The notes under the pieces: generated by a model
The model's input: only the letters and a program-made list of their open reading frames with translations
Databases searched by the model: none
Told to the model about the DNA's origin: nothing
Translations under genes and position numbers: made by a program
Source: Ignavibacteriota bacterium
GTDB taxonomy: Bacteria; Bacteroidota; Ignavibacteria; UBA10030
Length of the DNA: 61,551 nt
Direction of reading: 5' to 3'
Assembly: GCA_003142575.1 (NCBI GenBank)
Contig: PLMS01000114.1
Location: 8,227 to 69,777 of the forward strand
Shown here: one piece after another, positions 29,368-35,848 of the stretch
How the letters are laid out: each line of letters opens with the position of its first letter
Position numbering within the stretch: position 1 is the stretch's first letter

Positions 29368-30294
29368 TTATGTCGCAATCAAAATTGTAACCGTGCATCC
29401 CGTCGCTACCGAATTTGAACCGCCGACGGTAAAATTAATATCGCTTCCAATCGCGACCGTATTCGCAGCAGAAGGAGAACACACGTTCACCTGACCTGCG
29501 GCTGATCCGGCTTGAACCAATGTAACGACGCCGGTTGTAATTGCTACCGCCGCGATCTGACCGGTCAAAGTTGCATTACCGGTCCCGAGAGCGGCTTTCA
29601 AACTCGTTTGTATTTTCGTAATCGTTCCGGCAACGGGCGATGCAATGCGATATACTGCCGTGCCATTAAGAAGAGCAACATCGAGCGTTAATGCGACAAG
29701 GTTTGCGCCGAGATTCGCGCGGGCAGTGGGTTTGCTCGTCACATCGCTGAGATTATTTGTCGAGACTAAATCGCCGCTGATCGAAATCGTATTGCCCGGC
29801 ATCAATACCCAGACATAACTTGCATCGACGTCAACAATTTTACCAGCAACGCTGCGTGTACCAACGCCATCCGTCTTTGCGACTGTGTTATCGTCGACGA
29901 TATAACATGCATCTCCGATCTCAGTCTGCGCAATTAAATCTGCGGCTGCACTGTTATTGTAGGCGAAGACGCCGCGTTTTACCCGCACAAACAGATCGCC
30001 GGATTGACCAAGCGTATTATCTATTTGCTGCGTCGATCGTCCGCAACAAATAAGACCTGTGCCGGGGACTCCAGGCTTTGCATAGCCGGCTGCATCGAGC
30101 ACAACGATTGCATTTTCATAAATTAATACTCCGGTGAGAACAGGATAAGAAAAGAATTCACCTTCGCGTTCCGAACCCGTCCAGTCCTGAGCCAATACCG
30201 TCATCGCAAATGGAAACACCGTTCCGCCGGTGACCTTCTGAATCAACAGCGCAGCTCCGAAAAGCAGCGCCAGAATAATCAAACTGTGTATCAT
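29368..30294 (-). CDS. Head-associated protein (decoration/cement-like candidate) with hydrophobic N-terminus
   Basis: 308 aa, between the protease/scaffold and capsid genes. AAAGGAG lies 6 nt before the ATG. The N-terminus is MIHSLIILALLFGAALLIQKVTGG. The C-terminal half is Ala/Thr/Gly-rich. Confidence 0.4.
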   Translation of the reverse strand: MIHSLIILALLFGAALLIQKVTGGTVFPFAMTVLAQDWTGSEREGEFFSYPVLTGVLIYENAIVVLDAAGYAKPGVPGTGLICCGRSTQQIDNTLGQSGDLFVRVKRGVFAYNNSAAADLIAQTEIGDACYIVDDNTVAKTDGVGTRSVAGKIVDVDASYVWVLMPGNTISISGDLVSTNNLSDVTSKPTARANLGANLVALTLDVALLNGTAVYRIASPVAGTITKIQTSLKAALGTGNATLTGQIAAVAITTGVVTLVQAGSAAGQVNVCSPSAANTVAIGSDINFTVGGSNSVATGCTVTILIAT

Positions 30295-30360
30295 ATTAAA
30301 CTCCTTTAAAAATGTGAATAGATATTTTATTTTGCTCGATACTCGAAACTCGTTACTTTT

Positions 30361-31542
30361 CTACTTCTTCGCCGGATTGTATTTTGCAACATCTTCAGGT
30401 TTCAGCTTGAAGGTTGCTGCGATTGCTTTGTCAGCATCGGTCAATCCATCTTTTCCAGCAACGATCTGTTCACCGCCTTCAGGCAGCTTTCCGCTCGGCA
30501 GAATCACCGGCGCGGCCGCAAGGTACGTCTCGAATGCTTTTATGTCTTTCGCGGCAAAAATGCGCATCGCATCTTTTGTCGCAGGAGTGATCTTGCCATC
30601 GGTAATTCCTTTTGCAACAATCGCGTCGACTGCCGCATTGACTTCCTTCGTTTTCAATGCATCGAGTTCGGTTTGGAGCGTTACTACTTTTGCCGCGCTC
30701 TCTTTTGCAGCGATGTGAATTGCGGTAGCTTCCTCGATCGTCGCGCCATCTTTCGCGCAGATCACTTTTACGAGATCGGTTTTGGCGGCAATGGCGATCT
30801 TGGCGCCCGAGATATACATGAGCACATCTTTTGCTGCGATCTCGGTCGTAGCAGCCAGGGCTGTCTTTACGTTCGCTGCGAATTCCGTAAACTTCGCCGC
30901 AACCGTTTGTTCGTCTGCGGTCTCGGCAATCCCGAGAAACGCACAGAGTTTTTTAATGACTTCGTTCATACTGGTATCCTTTCCTGAAATGGTTTGAAAA
31001 TATTGTTTAGCTACTATTGGCTGTAATTCGTCGATCAAAGGTTCGTTCGTGAGAGCAGCACTGAGAATCATGCAGGGGAAAATCTCGCCGGTGACTTTAT
31101 CTCTTCCATTCAAAGCAAAGACAGGTGAGACATATCGATATTCATGATTCTTTAAATATTCATTCGCTTTACTTGTCCATTCGCTCATCTGTGCGCGCAA
31201 TACTTTCTTGCCATCGCGTACTATAGAGACAAGACCGTTCATCCAGCCGGCAGCCGGAGCTTGAATGTCTTTTAAAGTCTGATGCTCATAGTCCACAACG
31301 AGATCTCTTTTGGGCGCGCGTTCTCGTCTTTGAGCAAGATGCCTTACGGCAGAATCAATATGCTCCGCTGTGATAATAAATGGCTGAATCTTTCCATTGA
31401 TGTCTTTTGCTTTTGGATATGCTGCACCTTCGACGAGGAGGTCAAATTCCAGCGGTACAACCGGATCGGCTTGACCGATTTTTAATACCTGACTGGATAA
31501 ATCCGTTTCGCTTCCAAAAATCACGATTTCTTTTTTATTCAT
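30361..31542 (-). CDS. Mu gpI-like prohead protease / scaffold
   Basis: The N-terminal half (DYEHQTL...APAAGWMNGL...YVSPVF) resembles Mu I-family proteases. The C-terminal half is Ala/Lys-rich and helical, like a scaffold. Directly upstream of the capsid module. Confidence 0.75.
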   Translation of the reverse strand: MNKKEIVIFGSETDLSSQVLKIGQADPVVPLEFDLLVEGAAYPKAKDINGKIQPFIITAEHIDSAVRHLAQRRERAPKRDLVVDYEHQTLKDIQAPAAGWMNGLVSIVRDGKKVLRAQMSEWTSKANEYLKNHEYRYVSPVFALNGRDKVTGEIFPCMILSAALTNEPLIDELQPIVAKQYFQTISGKDTSMNEVIKKLCAFLGIAETADEQTVAAKFTEFAANVKTALAATTEIAAKDVLMYISGAKIAIAAKTDLVKVICAKDGATIEEATAIHIAAKESAAKVVTLQTELDALKTKEVNAAVDAIVAKGITDGKITPATKDAMRIFAAKDIKAFETYLAAAPVILPSGKLPEGGEQIVAGKDGLTDADKAIAATFKLKPEDVAKYNPAKK

Positions 31543-31556
31543 CGCATTCTCCGTAC

Positions 31557-31579
31557 GGGCGAGGTCACCTCGCCCCTAC
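31557..31579 (-). repeat. GTAGGGGC-hairpin element (reverse orientation)
   Basis: The minus strand reads GTAGGGGCGAGGTGACCTCGCCC, just upstream of the protease start. Confidence 0.7.
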
Positions 31580-31840
31580 TTTCTTTTTCATCGCTTCAAA
31601 TTTCCAATGCATAATCTTTTGTATATCCTGATCTTGTAATACTTTTTGCAGCACTGCCTGCACGAGATGCTCAACAATAATATCCAGCAGCCACTTGATT
31701 CGAAACGCCACATTGATCGTCAGCGTTATAAGCACCACCGCGGTTATTAAATAAAGCTTCAGCAGATCTTCCAGCCAGGGCGTGAGTAATATGCTGAGGG
31801 TGATCGATGTGTTGGCAAGAATATAAAGAGCGCGGTTCAT
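31565..31840 (-). CDS. Small two-TM membrane protein (holin candidate)
   Basis: 91 aa. Two hydrophobic helices (LYILANTSITLSILLTPWL and LYLITAVVLITLTINVAF) followed by a charged tail. Downstream of the endolysin. Confidence 0.4.
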   Translation of the reverse strand: MNRALYILANTSITLSILLTPWLEDLLKLYLITAVVLITLTINVAFRIKWLLDIIVEHLVQAVLQKVLQDQDIQKIMHWKFEAMKKKVGAR

Positions 31841-31843
31841 TCA

Positions 31844-32104
31844 CTATCCTTGTCCGAGTTCCCTTTCTATCACTTCAATCTCAATAGATATTTTCTTAAG
31901 CTCGCGCATCTTGCGTTCGATTGTCGACACGTTCACCTTCAACCGTTCCGGTATAATGTTCTTCACATATTCGAGATCTTGATCGAGCGGCTCGAAGTGA
32001 AGAATGATTCCCTTCGCTGCAGTGTCGATTTCAATTTTCAAAGTCTCAAGGCGAAGTTGATATTCTCTCTGCCGTCCGAGCAATGTCGTTCTACCTGTGA
32101 TCAT
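31844..32104 (-). CDS. Small coiled-coil protein of the lysis cassette
   Basis: 86 aa, charged and helical, between the endolysin and the membrane protein. Confidence 0.3.
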   Translation of the reverse strand: MITGRTTLLGRQREYQLRLETLKIEIDTAAKGIILHFEPLDQDLEYVKNIIPERLKVNVSTIERKMRELKKISIEIEVIERELGQG

Positions 32105-32107
32105 GTT

Positions 32108-32770
32108 TTACTCCAGTTTGTATCTTCGCATGAGCGTGACCAGCTTTATTGCATATTCCGGATCCGCTGCGTAATGCTTAGCGAGTTCCATTGCAAATTT
32201 CTCCGGCTGATCCGAATGTTTGAATGCGTTCGCGTAGAGCTTTGAACCCTGAATGTATTGTCCGTACACGTTGAAACATTCCGCAATATTTTTGAAGCGA
32301 GCAAAGCGGACAATCTCCGGAATCGCAATTCCGTTCACAAACCTTTTGTCCTGTTGTATAACATACTTCGGTTGTTGCATGTATTTTTTCACCGCTGCCA
32401 ATGTCATTCCGAAGTAATTCTCCGCTCCCAAACTGCATAGTCCCCACTTTGATTCTAGGATCCATTGTGCAATTACCACGCCTTTCGGAATTTTACAATA
32501 TGCTTCGATGTGAGATGCCAGAGCACGGACTGTGTCTGGAATTTTCCGCAACTGAAATATTCCGGATTTGTCGCGATGGATGATACCTGCAACCAGAATT
32601 GAGTCAGGTTCCGGATTCGTCCATTCTCCAATGACGAAATCCAGGATTTCTTTTGAATCATCTTTGCGTACTTGCTCCGGAGGGTTTTTAAATAGAAGGA
32701 AAAGGATAATGCCGCCAAGCATAAAGCCAAGACACATACCGAGAGATAACCAGCCAATTTTTGATCGCAT
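32108..32770 (-). CDS. Endolysin, glucosaminidase (FlgJ-like) domain with N-terminal signal-anchor
   Basis: GGAG lies 9 nt before ATG 32770; the TTG start at 32809 in the ORF track overlaps the terminator T-run. TM WLSLGMCLGFMLGGIILFLLF. VVIAQWILESKWG...ENYFGM matches the glucosaminidase motif. Confidence 0.75.
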   Translation of the reverse strand: MRSKIGWLSLGMCLGFMLGGIILFLLFKNPPEQVRKDDSKEILDFVIGEWTNPEPDSILVAGIIHRDKSGIFQLRKIPDTVRALASHIEAYCKIPKGVVIAQWILESKWGLCSLGAENYFGMTLAAVKKYMQQPKYVIQQDKRFVNGIAIPEIVRFARFKNIAECFNVYGQYIQGSKLYANAFKHSDQPEKFAMELAKHYAADPEYAIKLVTLMRRYKLE

Positions 32771-32807
32771 AAATCTTTCTCCGGCATTTTCGTTTTCACT
32801 TTTAAAC

Positions 32808-32856
32808 AAAAAAAAATGCCGAGTCTGCTTTCCTCATTTGGAAAACAAACTCGGCA
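32808..32856 (-). terminator. Intrinsic terminator directly upstream of the lysis/late arm
   Basis: The minus strand reads TGCCGAGT-(24-nt loop with inner TTTCC/GGAAA stem)-ACTCGGCA followed by T9. The T-run ends 37 nt before the endolysin ATG. Confidence 0.7.
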
Positions 32857-32965
32857 CCTTATGATCGGTTTACCGAATATCTAAAGCTTATGTCGTTCCC
32901 GCATAAGCGGGAGTCTTATTCAAATACTGCTACAACGTACGATTTGGTATTTTAAAAGTCAATAG

Positions 32966-33259
32966 CTATCTACATATCCAATTCTTAACGCCGCCATGAG
33001 AAGAACAAGCTCCGCTTCCAGTCGCGGTGCTTGTGGTGCCATCATTACAAATTGCGCCGGTTCTGTTTGCTGCAGCGCAATCAGTTGAAACAGGATTATT
33101 ATTCGGGACTGAATTGTCGGTTGAAATAGAATTGCTACCGTTCTTACATGAATGAAAAATAACCAAAAGAAGAATGGCGACAACAAATAATAAACCTGCT
33201 TCCCAAATATTTTTGAAGCGAACCATATTGTCCATTTTAAGATAAATGGAAATATTCAA
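32966..33259 (-). CDS. Small membrane-anchored protein with DUF3761-like Cys motif
   Basis: TM GLLFVVAILLLVIF. C-terminal CNDGTTSTATGSGACSSHGGVKNWI resembles DUF3761. Confidence 0.5.
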   Translation of the reverse strand: MNISIYLKMDNMVRFKNIWEAGLLFVVAILLLVIFHSCKNGSNSISTDNSVPNNNPVSTDCAAANRTGAICNDGTTSTATGSGACSSHGGVKNWICR

Positions 33260-33648
33260 TACTTCTTTTGATAGACCTTGCGGCCGCTCTTACTATAATG
33301 ATAAATACCTCCTCGGGGTCCTTGATATAGAGTCTTCCCTGTCGGCGTCGTTCCAATCTGCGTTTCTTTTGATGACGTGGAACTGTTCTTTTGAATTTTG
33401 GAAGTTGATTTTTTCTTTGATAGAGTAGATAGAACGGGTGGAGCACAGCGAGAACAAGGTGAATATTTTGCGCTCGCTTCCGACAATTTCATCGGTATCG
33501 AACTCCTCTTCAGATAGGAACAACCGGCTGAGTGATACTTGCTTCCGGTTCGAGTGACATAGACTATTTGATCTTCCTGACTTTGGGAAAAGAGAATCGC
33601 TGAGAATAGAATGATGAATAGTGAAAAAGAAAATAAATGTTTCTTCAT
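33256..33648 (-). CDS. Secreted small protein: Cys-motif domain plus basic GPRGG.Y tail
   Basis: AAAGGAGGG lies before ATG 33648. Signal peptide MKKHLFSFSLFIILFSAILFS. YVTRTGSKYHSAGCSYLKRS...YSPCSRC motif. The C-terminal GPRGGIYHYSKSGRKVY resembles the PBCV-type basic adaptor motif. Confidence 0.5.
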   Translation of the reverse strand: MKKHLFSFSLFIILFSAILFSQSQEDQIVYVTRTGSKYHSAGCSYLKRSSIPMKLSEASAKYSPCSRCAPPVLSTLSKKKSTSKIQKNSSTSSKETQIGTTPTGKTLYQGPRGGIYHYSKSGRKVYQKKY

Positions 33649-33714
33649 GACAAACCCTCCTTTGAATTGTGCCTTGAGAATCATTCAGTAATGCAAATAA
33701 AATTCTATAGGTCT

Positions 33715-34062
33715 CTACCAGCCGCTCTTAGACTTACCGGCAAGCGCCGGATGGGAAGAAAGTTCGCTGAAGAATTCTGTGATCAATTTCTGTGCTCTTC
33801 CACTCGTTGCTAATCCCTCTGCAGCTGATGCGCTGCCATGCACCATTGTTCCTTCTCCGGATTTTGAGATCTGCAATATTAACTCTCGATTTGCATTCAT
33901 ACTAAACATCGGTGCCTTCGCAGAGATCATACCGGTCTGAGGTGAGAACTCACTTAATTTTAATCCCATCGATTGGATTATTTCACGACAAGCATCCGCA
34001 ACGATACTTCCTTTGATAGAATATTCGGACGAATATTCTGCTTTAGATTGGCTCAGTCCCAT
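33715..34062 (-). CDS. Hypothetical protein co-transcribed with the repressor
   Basis: 115-aa ORF starting 3 nt after the repressor stop. No recognisable motif. Confidence 0.35.
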   Translation of the reverse strand: MGLSQSKAEYSSEYSIKGSIVADACREIIQSMGLKLSEFSPQTGMISAKAPMFSMNANRELILQISKSGEGTMVHGSASAAEGLATSGRAQKLITEFFSELSSHPALAGKSKSGW

Positions 34063-34064
34063 AA

Positions 34065-34526
34065 TTATTTCCTCCTCTTTTTAGTTACACCATATTTTAC
34101 CTGCGGCTCTGCAACCATTTTATATTGATGCGACTTTCCGGTCCCTTTTTTAATTTTATCCTGCACTGCTTGTGCGTAATCAAAGTAAATATGAAAATCG
34201 ATTGGTTCGGCTATTTCTAATGTACGAAGAATTGCGACAATCTCCATCTCGCCCTTCGTAAGTTCTTGTTGAGAGATCCGCGCGACCATCTCGCTGAATT
34301 TTTTATTCGTTTCTTCTTTGTCTAATCCCGTCATCAGCCAATCAATGTCGCAGCCGAGAGCGCGTAATTTGTCCTGCATCTTGTTCCCGGGACGCGCCTT
34401 GCCGCTGAGATAAGGCGATATTCCTTCTGACACTATTCCGAGTGCAGAAGCGAATGCACCCACGCTCCCATACTTACCAATACCCCACTTTCGCAGCCTT
34501 TTTCCAATTTCTACATGCTTATTCAT
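34065..34526 (-). CDS. Phage repressor (XRE-type HTH)
   Basis: IGKRLRKWGIGKYGSVGAFASALGIVSEGISPYLSGKARP is an HTH_3-like motif. Divergent from the early operon. Its start abuts an operator palindrome. Confidence 0.7.
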   Translation of the reverse strand: MNKHVEIGKRLRKWGIGKYGSVGAFASALGIVSEGISPYLSGKARPGNKMQDKLRALGCDIDWLMTGLDKEETNKKFSEMVARISQQELTKGEMEIVAILRTLEIAEPIDFHIYFDYAQAVQDKIKKGTGKSHQYKMVAEPQVKYGVTKKRRK

Positions 34527-34528
34527 AG

Positions 34529-34580
34529 ATAGAAGATTTTCTATTTTTTACTTGACAGTCGATAGAAGGTTTTCTATCTT
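34529..34580 (+). promoter_or_regulatory. Immunity region: two 16-bp operator palindromes flanking/overlapping the early promoter
   Basis: ATAGAAGATTTTCTAT (34529-34544) and ATAGAAGGTTTTCTAT (34562-34577), centres 33 bp apart. TTGACA (34552-34557), 17-nt spacer, TATCTT (34575-34580). Confidence 0.6.
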
Positions 34581-34618
34581 CCTATAGGTTCACTTTAGAA
34601 CACTCTACAAGGAAGTAT

Positions 34619-34846
34619 ATGAAACATAAAAACAAAAAACAACGCCGGTTGAATCGCGCGGCGCTCTTTTTGAAAATGCGTGGCAACGGTTGGAAACAAA
34701 AAGAAGTTGCCGCCAGAATTGGTAAAAGCGCCAGAGGAGTTGGCCGTGCATTCCAAGGCGAAATGCCATCGCTCCTTCCTGCGATTAACAAGGTTATCAG
34801 CAAGCCATATTCCAAACCAGTTGAGACATCCGATGCAGCCCTCTAA
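34619..34846 (+). CDS. Ner/Cro-like small HTH regulator
   Basis: First early ORF. WKQKEVAARIGKSARGVGRAF is HTH-like. AAGGAAG lies upstream. Confidence 0.5.
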   Translation: MKHKNKKQRRLNRAALFLKMRGNGWKQKEVAARIGKSARGVGRAFQGEMPSLLPAINKVISKPYSKPVETSDAAL

Positions 34847-34906
34847 AAGCCATTTCCTGCCTCCCTTAGGGGGGCTTGAATTTTCCAAGTGGGCGGAGGA
34901 CTCCCA

Positions 34907-35182
34907 ATGACATCTCTTGCCGGAAAGATTCGCGCTAAGGGCAAATCTGTGCATAGTGTCGCTCGCGAGATCGACATCGATGATTGTCACGTTTTTAATT
35001 ATATCGCGCGTCGATATTCCAAAATATCCAAAGCCAATCGTAAAAAAATTCGTCTTCATTTTATTTCTATCGGAGTTCTTCCTGCTCCCAAACCGCGCCC
35101 GAAACATGATTGTCCGCTCTGCAATAAAACTCACACTATCAAAAAGCATTCTCATCGGGAGCTCCTCAATGTCGAAAAATAA
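34907..35182 (+). CDS. Small HTH DNA-binding early protein
   Basis: GGAGGA lies 6 nt before ATG 34907. KSVHSVAREIDIDDCHVFNYIARR is HTH-like. Confidence 0.45.
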   Translation: MTSLAGKIRAKGKSVHSVAREIDIDDCHVFNYIARRYSKISKANRKKIRLHFISIGVLPAPKPRPKHDCPLCNKTHTIKKHSHRELLNVEK

Positions 35183-35510
35183 ATTAACCCATCTCCCCAT
35201 CCCCGAATCTTTCCATCTCCCGGACTGTAAATTCTGCGGCTGTTTGGATCCACTCGGCCCTCTGCCGGAACCTCTGTCATATAAAGAGATGCGTGTTATA
35301 GCCAACCGTTTAAATTTATCCCAGAAAGAGATTACCAATAATACTTTGCTACCTAAGTCCTCAGTGGCTTGGGTTATGACCGGACGGATGAAAAGCGGCG
35401 GCATTTTTATGAAAGTCCAAGAATATTTATTGACCATGCTGCGTCAATCTAAACAATCCACTCCATCCGCGCAATGCAAATCGCCTGAAAATCTTATCGC
35501 AAAGAAATGA
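35169..35510 (+). CDS. Early protein with Cys cluster and HTH-like segment
   Basis: In-frame ATG within track ORF 34917..35510, overlapping the previous stop. Contains CKFCGC and LSQKEITNNTLLPKSSVAWVMTG. Confidence 0.4.
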   Translation: MSKNKLTHLPIPESFHLPDCKFCGCLDPLGPLPEPLSYKEMRVIANRLNLSQKEITNNTLLPKSSVAWVMTGRMKSGGIFMKVQEYLLTMLRQSKQSTPSAQCKSPENLIAKK

Positions 35511-35848
35511 ACATTCCTCACACAATACTTTATGCAACAATCGCACAGTGGGAACTCACCGAGAGATTGCGGAGAGATGAACCGGCATTCGACGGCTGGA
35601 AATTTATCGCGGAAAAAATCGGACACAAGAGCGCATCGACGCTTCGCAAGATGTGTCTCGAACGCTCCATCGCTAACGCCGCGAAACTTGGGTACGACGA
35701 AGCAATAATTATCATGTCCCTTACGAACGACTATAGACTTTTACATGCTATGAAGGCACGGCTCATCGAACTGCGGCGCTCTGAGGCAGAGCGGCGCAAT
35801 CAACTCAATCTTTTTTCCGAGCCCATCCGCTCTCTGGAGATGCAATGA
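35507..35848 (+). CDS. CII(CP76)-like regulatory protein candidate
   Basis: AAKLGYDEAIIIMSLTNDYRLLHAMKARL resembles the phage CII/CP76 family from memory. 4-nt overlaps on both sides. Confidence 0.35.
   Translation: MNIPHTILYATIAQWELTERLRRDEPAFDGWKFIAEKIGHKSASTLRKMCLERSIANAAKLGYDEAIIIMSLTNDYRLLHAMKARLIELRRSEAERRNQLNLFSEPIRSLEMQ

Noticed and set aside
34595-35437. 280-aa minus-strand ORF opposite the early genes
   Set aside because: It is antisense to four consecutive plus-strand ORFs that have SDs, HTH motifs and translational coupling. It has no RBS and a low-complexity, odd composition.
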